Shown piece by piece: positions 41,897-55,605 of a stretch of DNA of 64,000 bases. How positions within the stretch are numbered: the first letter of the stretch is position 1; each line of letters opens with the position of its first letter. The notes under the pieces are model-generated. The model saw only the letters and a list, made by a program, of their open reading frames with translations. It had not been told where the DNA came from and searched no databases. The DNA is from Octopus vulgaris (taxonomy: Eukaryota). Location of the stretch: the NCBI GenBank assembly GCA_951406725.2, contig OX597826.1, forward strand, positions 77,314,001 through 77,378,000, read 5' to 3'. Both the position numbers and the translations under genes were made by a program.

Positions 41897-42687
41897 TTAC
41901 AGAAAGGGAAAAATATATAAACCTGTCTAACGACAATTTTAATTCTAAAGTAATTGTTCTAAACTTCCCTCGAAAATCACACTTAAAAGGTATTAAAAGT
42001 ATTTGGGGGCAAATTGACCTGGAGATGAATTGGCCGAGAACAAATTAACCGACGATGAAATAAGCGGAGACGAATTGTCTTGGCACCAACGAATCAAATA
42101 CTGGTTAATTACTCATCAACTAATTACTGATAAGTTGATAAGAATTAATTCCATTTTCAAATAAAGCATCGGCAATGGGATCACATGGAATCCACATCCC
42201 TACATTACAAAATGAAATTGTCCCTCATAATTGAGACATATCCTGTGCTTTCTGGGTGTTGTTAACGACTGCAAATAATCTATACTTATGGCTACTAACA
42301 ATTCAAACTTTCTCCAGATCAGTTTTTCTCCAGAATAAACAAAATTGATCGATGCTTCTTTTCCTCGTTTCAAAAGTCAAGATTGTTTTTGTTTTGCAGC
42401 ATTTCCTTATCGTTAAATTTCACTGTTTTCTCTTACATGCAAAAGAGTCCAAGATTGTGAAGTTATCATAGTTTCGTACCAGAAGATTACTTATTAGTCA
42501 ATACTTCACGTATAAGAACTCCGATGAACTTAGAACTCATTCTGAACGTCAAATTAAAAGATTTATCGTTCTAAAAATCTTTCCTACAGTCAACTGTAAA
42601 AAGCTAATTTCCATAGACGTTTCAATATCAGTAATAGGTCATCTTTCCTCCCATCTGCCCTTACAATTCTAAACCTTATTATTATTA

Positions 42688-42746
<59 letters not shown>

Positions 42747-43255
42747 GCCCTTGCACACCTTCTAATGCTGGAGATGTACTACGGTGTCAGCTGTTCACTA
42801 CCAGTGAACTAAGGTAACACCTCTTATTTTTCGAGCACCTTCCGGAGTATTCGGGCGGTTGAAAGCAGTGCTGTTTTCTGCAAGTGCTCCACCCTTATTG
42901 CAGACCCTGTTTTCTCCATGTACTTCTCAAGAATTTTACTCACAGTTCCCAGGGCTCCGACAGTTATTTGTACTACTGCTACCTTTTTCATCGACCACAA
43001 CTGCTTAACTTCCCAAGCTACCCTGTCATATCTATTGACTTTTCTTTCTTCCTTATCGCATACCTTGTTGTCAGCTGGTCATGCTACATCTATGATCCAG
43101 CATAGTTTGCGTTCTTTCTCAAGACTATGTCCGGCTTCCTATTCTCTATCTCATGGTTGCACTGAATCATAAAATCACACAGGATCTTTGCATTATCATT
43201 TTCGATGAAGCCTTTGGGTTTGTGGTCGCACCAATTTTTTTTGCTCTGTCAAGCC

Positions 43256-43256
<1 letters not shown>
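42747..43256 (-). mobile_element. R4/Dong-like LINE 3' fragment (restriction-like endonuclease domain) inserted in (TAA)n
   Basis: ENDNAKILCDFMIQCNHEIENRKPDIVL, CWIIDVA, VGALGTV, LQKTALLSTARILRKVLEK*; (TTA)n on both sides. Confidence 0.85.
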
Positions 43257-43310
<54 letters not shown>

Positions 43311-43348
43311 GTTATTATTATTATTATTAAGGGCTTAGAATCAAGTGA

Positions 43349-43655
43349 AGGCGCGTGATTCGGGTGTTTGGCTCGTGATCGTAACGTTGTGAACTCGAAT
43401 CCTAGAGTCGCGTTGTGTCCTTGAGCAAGACTCTTAATTTTACGTTGTTCAAATCCATTCCGCTAGCAACAGTGAGTAGTTTCTGTAATACAAAGGGCCA
43501 GCTTTGTTACATTCTGTGTCGTTCTGGATGTTTCTGAGAAATACGCTAAAGTTATGCGTGTCTATGAATTGCTCAACCACCTGCACCTGAATTTCACTAG
43601 CAGACTGTTTTGTTGATCTACGAGAAAACTCATCGTCGTAAGCGACGGAATGCCA
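43349..43655 (+). mobile_element. SINE family D
   Basis: Homologous to 3038-3362 (gtgtccttgagcaagac...caaagggccagc). Confidence 0.7.
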
Positions 43656-44729
43656 GAAAAAAGCCTTCACTAAGTTCCAAATAATCTGATAAAGATTCTT
43701 GTCTTTTCGCGCGACTGTTGCTGATGTTATTATTGGTGTTCTTTTCGTTCTTATGATGATTCTGGTGCAATTATTGTCTCAACAAAGCAATTGTATCACA
43801 GCTTTTGTCAATGCTGCTGGGCATCATCGAAGTTACTTTATTATTATTATTATTGTTGTTGCTGTTGGTGGTGGTGTTGTTGTTTTTGGTGTTGGTGGTG
43901 GTGGTGGTCGTCGTCGTCGCCATCGTGCAGCTGCCGCAGTCTTGTTGATATTATAGTAATTACAGCCACTTCTTTTCTACTTTGGCGTCCAGCAACTACT
44001 GATACGTCTTTGGTGACGCTGATGTTGTTGTTGTTGTTGTGGTCGTAATGGTAATACTGGTTAAAGACGACACAACAAAAAAAAAAAAACACCATGTCTG
44101 ATGCTGTGCTGTCTCCTCATAATTCTTATACTGTCGCAACCGGAAAGAATTATCTTGATTTCAACAAAGTCCAACACAAATAAACGACAATTATATATCG
44201 TCCATCGGAACAGCTGGACAAACGAGCTAATTTTTGAAGCTACGATATTCTCCACTTAAGATACATATTTTTGAAAGCAGCCATTCTATCGACTACGTTC
44301 TACTGTTTCTCTTTAAAAGAAAACTTTCATCGTTTGTGGACCAATCGCCCCCGTCAATATCGCTTATTTAAAATCCATAAATTTTCGAGGTGGAAGCAAC
44401 GCGTTCACTTTGTAGTAACCGAATCCCGCAACATGTGACCTTTCAAAGTTTATCGTGTAGACCACAGACTTGTGATCTGTGTTGCCAACAAGTTAAAACC
44501 TTTCACACCCTATACTTTTATATCTTTATAAAATGCTATCAAGATATAATCCAATCGTCTCGATACAGTTTTCCCAAGGTCCATACTGGCACGTTCCAAA
44601 ATTCCTTTCAGTGCCTATCAAGCAGTCAAGGTAACTCCCTGATAGGAACAAATGAAGGAGGTCTTCACACAATTTCCACACAATTCCAGCATGCGTCTAA
44701 GGTACCATTTCAGTCATCTATTATACTAA

Positions 44730-45098
44730 TTAACGAGAAATTTCTAAGGAATGGCGCTTCTGACGGCTTCGCCTCACATGAGGCAAAAAACATTGCGTAC
44801 GACCCATTGCCTCGTCGCCGTGACCTTGCCTAAGCATGCTCAATGTCTTTGTAGCAGACTTCCTGAGTTTAATGCAGAATTTCACCGTTGGCTCTTCGTT
44901 CCTGTCCACAACAAAATCGCAGACTACTGCAGACACGTGATCACAAAAACTTAAATTTCACAAATTGTGAAGTAAACACAGCGATGTCACTCGGCACAGT
45001 GCCTCATGAAGGTCACTGCTAGCTCTCACGGCCGTGTGCTGCCATCTGTTGGCGTGCTACGGGAACTAGGCCGGTAGCTTTTTGATATCACTTCGTAT
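44730..45098 (-). mobile_element. mariner element 5' remnant
   Basis: KFCIKLRKSATKTLSMLRQGHGDEAMGRTQCF (Mos1-type N-terminal HTH); terminus TA-cgaagtgatatcaaaaag. Confidence 0.78.
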
Positions 45099-45244
45099 TG
45101 GAAAACAGTCAGTACCATATAAATAAACCTAATGCTCACGGTTGGAATGTCTCTCATCCTATTTGCTCAGAGTTAACATGGAGAATAAACAGCATCATAT
45201 TTTCATACCTACCACCACCACCAAGCTCTCAAGTCACTCATACT

Positions 45245-45642
45245 TCACTTCTCCCTCTTTCTCTCTCTCTCTCTCTCTCTATGGCCTTTCTTCACTCTCT
45301 TTCTCTTTCTTTGACTCTTCCTCCTCTTCTCTCTCTTTTTCTGTCTCTTTTTTCTCTCTCCCTCTCTGACCCTTCTTTACTCTTTCTCTCTCCTTGACTC
45401 TTCTGCCCTCTCTCTCTTTCTGGCCCTTCTGCACTCACTTTCTCTCTCTTTGACTCTTCCTCCCTCTCTCTTTCTTTCTCTCTCTTTCTCGCTCTCTCTT
45501 TCTCGCTCTCTCTCTGGCCCTTCTTCACTCTCTTTCTCTGTCTTTGATTCCACCTCACTCTCTCTTTCTTTCTCGCTCTCACTTTGGTTCTTCACTCTCT
45601 TTCTCTCTTCCTCTATCTCTCTCTTTCTCTCTCTCTCTCCCT
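45245..45642. repeat. Polypyrimidine (CT-rich) tract
   Basis: About 400 bp of nearly pure C/T. Confidence 0.95.
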
Positions 45643-46064
45643 CATACGCATACACCAACAATGACACATTACACACCGAGACATGCGTGCGCGCATTTAA
45701 GCACCCACAACCACCCTCCTACATATACATTAACATCGCACGCACGAACACATACACATTTACACAGCGCATGGCACCACGCATTTATGCATGCATCCTC
45801 ATGCGCTCACCACCACCACCACAAACACGCACACACAAACAGAAACACACACATATAGAGATACGCCCAGTTGCATACGTACACACGTACACACACATGC
45901 ATCTACACATTCACCCTCCCAACATACAAATTTACCTCCCCGTTTTTTCCTTCCCACATGCCCCAATCTCCATCTCTGTCCTTCTCTGTCTCTCTCTCTC
46001 CCTTTCACACACACACACACACATACATCAACCAGCCAACATACACACACTACACACGATTACA

Positions 46065-46099
<35 letters not shown>

Positions 46100-46899
46100 T
46101 TCCAGAGGCACCCTCCAACTCCCCTTCCGCACAGACTCCACACAATTGTCCTGCCCCATCATTTCTCTCGCATTATCGCCACCACCCACACACACACACC
46201 ACCACCACCACCACCATCCCTGCCCCCCCACCCCCAGCCCATCAACCCACTCCCTCCCTCCCTCCCTCCCTCTTATCCCTCACTCCCACCCTCACAGCCA
46301 CCCTCTTACATTTACCAAGCTACAAGTTACAACCAGATCTTCTGCCTTCATGAATATTTGAAAATTCTTTCACCTATTCACTTGACGTTTTTTTACAATA
46401 CACAAAATCTCTCTTCATTTATTCATGCACACTTCAAAATGCAGGCAGATATTTAGCCTTGTTCTTGTAACTGTTGTTGTTGTTGTCGTTATTATTGTTA
46501 TTGTCGCTATTATTGTTGTTGTTGTTGTGGAGGATGTTGCTATTGTCATTATTCTTATTCTTGTTTTTTTTGGTCGATTTTTTCTCTTGATTTTTTTTCC
46601 TAGCTGTTGTTTAGTGTGGCGTGGTTATTATTGTGTAGTTCCATTTTTATATATTTTGTGTTGGTGTTGTTGGTGTTGTTGTTGTGGTGGCGGTGGTGGT
46701 GATGGCGATGGTGGTGGCTGTGGTTGGGGGTTGTTATAGATGAGGGTGGGGCGGTTCTCGTATTGTTTCTTTCTTTCCTTCTTTTTCTTTCATTATCTTG
46801 TTTTGGTTTTCTGTATAATTTCGTTTTTATGTCGTTTTGCTTTGTTTGTTGTTATGGATGACGGAGGCGTTATTATCAATACATACATACACATATACA

Positions 46900-46936
<37 letters not shown>

Positions 46937-46939
46937 TTG

Positions 46940-46976
<37 letters not shown>

Positions 46977-47046
46977 TATACTTATATATATACATGTATA
47001 TATATGTGTATACATATATAAATATATATATATATGTATGCGTGTG

Positions 47047-47091
<45 letters not shown>

Positions 47092-47254
47092 ATACACATC
47101 CCTGCTATTATCTTCATCACTGGCGTCATTTGTGGTGGAGTGGCATCAGAAGCAGTAGTAATGGAGGTGCAGGCTGTGGTGACAGAAGCTGGGTTGTCAG
47201 TCAGCCCGCGCCAATACTGTAATAACAATATTGATAATAATAGTAATAATAATA

Positions 47255-47285
<31 letters not shown>

Positions 47286-47714
47286 GTATTATTATTATCA
47301 TCATTGCCGTTGTTGTTGTTATTTTCCTTAAAAACTATGGCGATTCGCATGAAATCCTTTCAACAAAAGACTGTTCTAGACAAGAATAGAATGGAATATA
47401 TTGGTTCAGGTATGACTTCGCAATGGAAACACGGGCGGGATCGAATCTAGGGACATAAAGCAAAGAAGAAACAAAAAAAGGGAAAATAATACATAAAATA
47501 AAGAGAAACCTATCAACTCTCCAGCAATGGACAAACAAAAATTGAATACAATTAAGCAGTGATTTATTATTATTATTATTACTATTATTATTATTATTAT
47601 TATTATTATTATCATCGTCGTCATCATCATCATAGTTAGAATGGTGAATGGCAAGATCGTTACAATTGCAGATAAAATGCATTATGGTATTTAGTTGTTC
47701 TGAGTTCAAATCCC

Positions 47715-47915
47715 GATGACAGGAAATGCAGAAGGCAAAAAGAGGAAGGGACCATCAAAGACATTCGTGGGACTGATGGCATTAAAGAAAAGACTGGAAA
47801 CAAGGGTTTGGCTGATTGTACACGTGCAACACAACGAAAAGGGAACTGGAGTGTTTTGGTAAGCCGACCTCTGGATACAGGGACGATATGTGCCTCATGC
47901 CTTGCAGGGCCGTTG
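47715..47915 (+). mobile_element. RTE-like LINE 3' remnant
   Basis: MTGNAEGKKRKGPSK then, after a frameshift, TDGIKEKTG...RKGNWSVLV. Confidence 0.5.
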
Positions 47916-47965
47916 AAATAAAATAACAATCCATGACTGGATAAAATCGGATTAACTGAAGCTAA

Positions 47966-48113
47966 GCGGTGAGCTGGCAGAATCGTTAGTACGCCATCCT
48001 AAATGTTTAGCAGTATTTCATTCGTCTCTACGTTCTGAGTTCGAATTCTGCCGAGGTCGACTTTACCTTTCATCCTTTCGGTTTGATAAAATAAGTACCA
48101 GTTGAGCACTGGT
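47966..48113 (+). mobile_element. SINE family B 5' part
   Basis: gcggtgagctggcagaatcgttag...gagttcgaattctgccgaggtcgac. Confidence 0.8.
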
Positions 48114-48255
48114 ACTTGTGCCAAATTTTGGAACAAAAATGATTAATTCAAGTCTCGTCAGAAATTATTTTCCCTTGGGCCGATGATAGAAATTATTATT
48201 ATCACTCTACATTATTTACAATGAACGGATAGGTGTCCTCATCTTGTTTGTCGTC

Positions 48256-48301
48256 AACACAACGTTTCGGCTGATATACTCTCCAGCCTTCATCAGGTGT
48301 T
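48256..48301 (-). ncRNA. Minimal type-I hammerhead ribozyme within a single-arm copy (48207-48320) of the 17636 family
   Basis: aacac CTGATGA a ggctgg-agagtata-tcagcc GAAA cg TT gtgtt; perfect 5-bp stem I, 6-bp stem II, GUU site. Confidence 0.82.
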
Positions 48302-48334
48302 CCGGTAGAACTTCGACCCTAACCCTTTATATCA

Positions 48335-48482
48335 CTAATGCGTAACTGGTACTTAATTTATCGACCCCGAAACGATGAAAAGCAAAGTCGACCTCGGCGG
48401 AATTTGAACTCAGAACGTAGCGGCAGACGAAATACCACTATGCATTTCGCCCGGCGCCCTAACGTTTCTGCCAGCTCGCAGC
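48335..48482 (-). mobile_element. SINE family B 5' part
   Basis: Reverse complement of 47966-48113. Confidence 0.83.
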
Positions 48483-49429
48483 CTTGTAATACCAGCTCTA
48501 AAAGTATCACAGTCTGTTCATTCCTTATTTCGTTTCATTTACCTTTTGTGTGTGTGTGTATGAGTGTGTGTGTCTGTATGCGCGCGTGTGTATGCGTGTG
48601 CGCGTGCGTGCATGAGAGTGTGTCTGTATACGTATATGTGCGTGTGTGTGTATTTAGTATAATCTGAAATGTTGATATGAGATATGCCTTCATGTATATA
48701 GCCACGGTGCTCAATGCAAAATTTAAATGTATGAATTTATTTTTATCACATCACTGCAATTATTGGAGATTGTCTTGACTATTTTATTCTCTCTTAGGAG
48801 ACTCATCGGAAAACAAATATCCACTTTTTTGGTCGACGGAGAAATTGATAATATAGCTATTTACATCGAGCACAAACCAGGGCAAAACTGATATAGTCTT
48901 CTTCATTTTTCCAGTAGTCCATGGATAATTAAATAATTCAACGATACCCTGCGTTTATTTTTGTTTGTTTTTTATATAATCAGTTTATTTTTTATATAAT
49001 CTGAAATCTTGATATAAGACATAACTTCATAACTACGGTTTTTTAGCCTCGCTACCAAAGGTGAAATAAAAAGAAAGAATACATATATATGCTTTCATTT
49101 CATAACCAGATAAAAATTATAAATATTTCTTACATTAAAATTTCAGTTGCTCCAATAATTACTACATCCTCAATTAATCACTTAAGCTCGATGCCAAACA
49201 ATGCATAGTCATACAAACTAGATTGGCCGTTTTAATTAAGAACAGGTTCATTATAAATAATCATATGCTATCAATATATCCGTGGCCAGAATGAAGCCAC
49301 TTGTTTCCTTGTAAATAGCAATGAAATTAGCAAAATTTCATTTTTTCTTCAATGATAAAGAAATGACGTTTGTTTGCACTTCATCGCTTCATAGTGAAGC
49401 CCAAAATCTAGGCATATTTGTATTGCATG

Positions 49430-49650
49430 TGTTAGCATATATGTCGTGCGGTTCACAGACAACGGATGGACCTGTGCAGTTGCTGAGTGGTATCCAGGAA
49501 ATTGGAAAAGCTACTTGGAAGGGTCCCGCGACGATAAGGCAAATCTAATTAAGCAGTTTGAGTCTAGTTGGAAATGAATGGGGCAAACAAGACAAAATTG
49601 GAAGCTCATTGTGACCAGCGGTGTGCAACAACATCTGATGGCCTGGTCAA
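49430..49650 (+). mobile_element. RTE-like LINE 3' remnant
   Basis: TDNGWTCAVAEWYPGNWK...SWK*MGQTRQNWK (cf. DNRWT..V.EW.P). Confidence 0.55.
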
Positions 49651-49665
49651 TACTGTGCTTCTGTG

Positions 49666-49709
<44 letters not shown>

Positions 49710-49715
49710 GTGTGT

Positions 49716-49753
<38 letters not shown>

Positions 49754-49914
49754 CGATAGATAGATGTACATACGCACTCGCATACATTAATACAAGCATT
49801 TATACACACATCAATCCATACAGTTTCCCCTGTACCGTTGTTCTCAAAGAGCAAAAATAAAACCAACAATCTAACAATGAAATACTTTTCTCATCTCTTT
49901 CGATTTCAAGTAAA

Positions 49915-50128
49915 CGTTGGTTTCAAAATTAAGCACAAGACCAGCAAATTCAGGGGTGCGGGAAAAGTCGTTTACATCGACCCCAGTGTACAACTGGTAC
50001 TTGTTTTATCGACCCCGAAAGAATGAGAGGCAAAATCGACTTCGGTGGAATTTGAACGCAGAACGGAAAGCCGGACGAACTACTGCTAAGTATTTGCCCG
50101 GCGTGCTAACAGTTCTGCCAGCTCACCA
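49915..50128 (-). mobile_element. SINE family B variant
   Basis: catcgaccccagtgtacaactggtactt...ggtggaatttgaacgcagaacg...ctgccagctcacc. Confidence 0.78.
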
Positions 50129-50750
50129 TCTTAGACTTCAAGTAAATATTGAAATTCAGTAGAAATCCAATGCCTTAAAAATAAACACTCTCTGATTCTA
50201 ACCTTTAAACTCCCGACTCAATATAATACTGCTTTCTTTTTTCTCGAGTTCTTCAGTCACTATTATATTTCACATTGATGATCAAATGTTACAGTCTGTT
50301 CTTACAACACACTTCATAATTCTTTATTGGAAACCAAGCAAATTCCGAATCTTGAAACCCACCGAACATCTTTCTCTTTTATGTTTAAGTACAGTTAACC
50401 TCCAACTCTTAATCTTCAGGCGTTAACCTTCTACTTAAAACCCCCACCACTAAAATTCCAACTCTTAACGTCAAATCTTAACCTCAAGCTCAGAATCCAC
50501 AGTTATTAACCATTACTGACGCTATACTTCGAATTCACTCACATTTTATGACACCAACTTCTTAAATTCTTGCCAGCGCTGAATTAACCATTAAGAAAAA
50601 TAAGCATATATGTGTGACAATTTGAATCACTTTCTGCTTTAGCTTCAGAGTAAAAAGACTGGACATAGAAACATATTTGAAGGACATCGCACGCAGACGC
50701 GTATGGTGTGTGTGTGTGTCTGCGTGCGTGCGTGCGTGCGTGCGTGCGTA

Positions 50751-50790
<40 letters not shown>

Positions 50791-51047
50791 CGTAGTTCAA
50801 ATCCCACCGGGTTCAGATTCATATTTCATCTGTCAGAGAATGACAAAATAAATAGCAGTTATGTATTGTTTTGATTTGATGGATGTACTTTTGCTTTAAA
50901 TATTCAATATGATGTTTGAGTAAGATCTATTATTTGTAACAGAAAACTAAACGCAATATTATCTTTCTATTTTTTTTTTTTTTACTTGAACATCAAACAT
51001 TTCTTTTTTGATTGTGTCAAAAGCTCTCTGTTCCTCTCTCTCTCCTT

Positions 51048-51080
<33 letters not shown>

Positions 51081-51516
51081 ATCTTCTCCCTGAAATTCAT
51101 AGCGCCCTTCAGCTTTGTTTACCTCAAATCTTTGTCTTCTGTCATTTTCACACTGTTGCCTGGCGACCTCTTCCCATATAGATTTATTCCTACAACCCAA
51201 GGGTGAACCTCACTCTGCATCTGCCTTTTTTCTGTCTCTTACTTTATTTATCTTTCTCTCTATTCCTCCTCTTCTTCTCTTTATCTTTCTCTCTATTCCT
51301 CCTCTTCTTCTCTTTATCTTTCTCTCTGCCTGTTTATCTATCTATCTTTCTATTTATCTATCTTTCCAACGAAAGGTAACAGTCCTAAATATCAGATTCT
51401 TCTCTTCTCTCTTTCAATAAACTCGTCAATTAACTAATTGTTGCTTCTCTCAAAGTATTTGTTTTCCTTATAAAATCGTGACTTTTGCAATCCAAGGTCG
51501 GCATGGATTACGCAAT

Positions 51517-52470
51517 CATTTAATAATCATCATCATTGTCTCGACCGTGATCGAGACAATGGAATTCACTGTTACGCCGGACTTCACAGTCCATCATAGC
51601 ATTACGGAGGTCCTGTTGTTGGATGCCTGTATCCCTGGAGATTACATCAGGGTGGGAGAGTGTGCGCCCTCTGGTATCGCGAGCAGATAGTTTCCAGAGG
51701 AGAAGAGTAGAAATTACCTCATTTTCAGCTCTACAACAATGTCCAGCAAACTGGACTCTCCTACCTTTCACAAGAGATGATACAGATGGTAGCTTCCCAT
51801 ATATTTGTACTTTGGTTGGATGACGCGTCCACGAGAGATTTTGAGCTCTCATAAGGAAGCGAGTGTAAGTTCCATCCAACCGCCTCTCAAGCTTCTTTGA
51901 CAACGTCCAGGTTTCTGAGCCATATAGTAAAATTGGTTCGACTGTGGCTTTGAAGATTTTAAGTTTGAAATCTCTACTTAGATCTGATGACCAGATCTTA
52001 TGCATATCATTACAGGCTGACCAGACCATACCCTTTCTAATTAGAAAATATTTTTCAGATGATGATATGTATGACCCAAGATATTTGTAATCAGAAACCA
52101 TATTTAACATCATCTTTCTCAATCAAAGCCGGAATACTGCAGGGAGACACACTCGCCCCATTTCTCTTCATCATTGTCGTTGACTATGGTGCTACGTATG
52201 TCAGTTGAAACCATTTCTGGTAAGGACTTTGAAAGTAAAACCTAAAAGAAGTTCCAGACACCCAGCTGAATACTTAACAGATACTGACTTTGCTGACGAC
52301 ATTGCTCTTATCAGTAATTCTCTCTCCAATGCCCAGTCTCTTTTACAATCTCTTGAACAAGCCTCAAATTGTGTAGGTCTTTACCTCAATGAGTCCAAGA
52401 CTGAATTTGTGAACAAGTGCCTGCCCAACAGTGATTTCATCATCCATTCTCTCAACAATACATTTAATAA
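51517..52470 (-). mobile_element. RTE-clade LINE insertion with inverted 5' segment and 10-bp TSD
   Basis: Minus ORF 51520-52122 (YKYLGS, LLYGSETW, FAGHC); plus segment 52117-52460 (GILQGDTLAPFLF, TDFADDIAL); catttaataa at 51517-51526 and 52461-52470; (GAT)n tail. Confidence 0.92.
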
Positions 52471-53389
52471 AAACTGTCCAGTTTAAGACCATCCCGGTTT
52501 CTTGTTTAGACACCGCCTAATATATTAAGATGGTAGGGAAATTTAAAGTAATTTGCTGACGTTTACCCTCCGCTACCACCTGACCACCTGACCATTTTCA
52601 TTGATATCATGTGGAGCTGTGTTCATAGCCTCTGGCTATCCGATTTGAACTACAGTTAACGTCATTCAAGAATAGATGAGAAGTCGACGCCTGCTGGAAG
52701 GAACATGCATGGGCGAAAAATTATAGAGTGCCGATGTTCTGAAGAAAAATGGACTTAATGTTGTGATTAGTGCATTGCCTAAAGAGATTGAGGGGATCAG
52801 TTGATGAAATGAGAAGCAACAAGTGAGATTCGAGTGACTGAATGACAGTCACACAAATCCAGCCAGCTTCGAAAAGCAACGATTACTGTTGGAGAGGTTG
52901 GAAGATCACAGCAAGTCTGTGAGTCAAATGTCTGGGTGTGATGGAGAGTGATCCTATGCCAATCAATCGAATGGCCACCTTCTCACTCTCACCACCCTAC
53001 ACTGTTATTTCCCATCGATATATTTTTAATGTAATTTACCTCCATGTAAATTACATTCTCCCTCAACAACCCCTCATAACACACACACACACATTATATA
53101 TATATATATATAGATAGATAGATAGATAGATATAGATGTATGTACCATTGCGTCTGTGTTTGTTCCCTATTATCGCTTGACAACCGTGGTTGCGTTTTTG
53201 GTGTAACCGGCATCACTAGCAGTTCGGCAACAGTTTGTGAGCTGATGCTTTCAAAATCATTAACTGATCACTTTGGGAGTTATATAACAGTGACCAATGT
53301 GAATGGCGACTTTGAACATATCAATCCATTCAAATATTTTTAGCGAAGAAAAATCCCTTGGAGAAGTAAAACGACACCTGAATTCATTG

Positions 53390-53600
53390 CTTTCAAATTT
53401 TGGCACAAGGCCAGAAGTTTTGAAGGAGTGGGTAAGTCTATGGCATCCACTTCAGTGCTCGATTTGGTACGCATGTTATCGACCCACAAAGAATGAAAGG
53501 CAAAGTCGACCCCGACGACAATTGAACACAGACGAAAAGTCGGAAGAAATGCCGCTAAGCATTTTGACCGTTGCTGTAACGATTCTGACAGGTCAACGCC
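53390..53600 (-). mobile_element. SINE family B variant, diverged
   Basis: atcgacccacaaagaatgaaaggcaaagtcgaccc...ttgaacacaga. Confidence 0.7.
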
Positions 53601-53749
53601 TTGCAATCAGAAAATACTTAAAATTTTTCAAGTTTTGCGAAGCATTTTATTTCAGGAGGAAAATTAACATCAAAGGGAATTTTAACGTAAGTCAATAACT
53701 TTATTCGGTATATGGATGTGCGATACAATTTCGTCCCAACACTTGACCA

Positions 53750-54087
53750 TTTATCGGTGAGATGTCTGTGGGTAATCATTCCTTCAAAATAATGCCTTGA
53801 CTGGACGCGAACCTGCTCATACAGGAGAAAAACGATTTCATTGTGATGTTCGTAGGAAAGTATTTTCTCAAAATAACTTAACTGGACACAAATGTATTCA
53901 TACTGGAAAAAAAATATATCATTGTGATATCTGTGGGAAAGCGCTTATTCGGAATTTCAATTTAAAGGCCTATAAACGTATTCATACTAAAGAAACACAA
54001 TCTCAATATGTTATCTTTGGAAAATCTTTCTCTCGAAATAATTCTTTGACTGATCACAAACGTATTCGCAGTAATATAGTTTGTTAA
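53750..54087 (+). pseudogene. Decayed C2H2 zinc-finger array (about 4 fingers)
   Basis: HTGEKRFHCDV, HTGKKIYHCDICGK, GKSFSRNNSLTDHKRI; several Cys/His lost; upstream finger has in-frame stops (YR*DVCG*SF). Confidence 0.85.
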
Positions 54088-54365
54088 TGAGAATTTGCTC
54101 ATAGTCATTAAGTTTTGGGGCTAAAAAGTCACATGGTGTGTGTTGGAATTATAATGAAAATATAAATATGTGCATATATTTCCTGATGCAAAGTGTGCAA
54201 TGTCCCTGTTTTAAATTATTATTCTTAATTATGAAATATTCCGAATTTGAATAATTATTTACATTCGTTAAGTTTATTTTCACAAAGAATTATTGTTTAT
54301 TAAATCTGAGTGATTTATTTCTAACACAGAGACACATACACACGTATACATACATGTCTATGCGC

Positions 54366-55156
<791 letters not shown>

Positions 55157-55232
55157 CGAAGATGTAGACAAAATACACATGTATAGGATGGTAGATACGA
55201 TTTCTTTCGGAATAGGTATATTTTTCAAGGTA

Positions 55233-55605
55233 GCTGCAGTCGTGGCAGTGTGGCAAGAAGTTTGCTTCCCGAACACATGGTTCCAGGTTCAGTCCCACAG
55301 AGTGACACATTGGGCAAGTGCTTTCTACTGTAGCCTCGGACCGACCAAAGCCTTAAGAGTGAATGTGGTAATGTGTGTATGTGTGTTTGTACATCCATAC
55401 GTGTGTGTGTGTTTGTCCCCCACTTCTGCTTGATAACCGGTGTTGATGTATTTACGTCCCCGTAACCAAGATATTCGACAAAAGAGATCGGTTGACTAAG
55501 TCCCAGATTTCAAGAAAATAGGTGCTGGGGTTGATTCATTCGACACCTCATGGCGGTGCCCCGACATGGTCGCAGCCTAATGACTGAAGCATCTAAAAGA
55601 GTAAC
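55233..55605 (+). mobile_element. SINE family A, diverged
   Basis: ggttcagtccca...gggcaagtgctttctactgtagcctcggaccgaccaaagcc...tgactgaagc. Confidence 0.78.

Larger units (their letters stand above)
39878..42086 (-). mobile_element. MULE/Mutator DNA transposon, full length but inactivated
   Basis: Imperfect TIRs with repeated gtcaattcgtc-type motifs; flanking direct repeat caacgaat at 39870-39877 and 42087-42094; transposase pieces inside. Confidence 0.88.

Noticed and set aside
45450-46456. Long ORFs of 303 and 221 aa
   Set aside because: Translations of CT/CA low-complexity DNA with no domain signature
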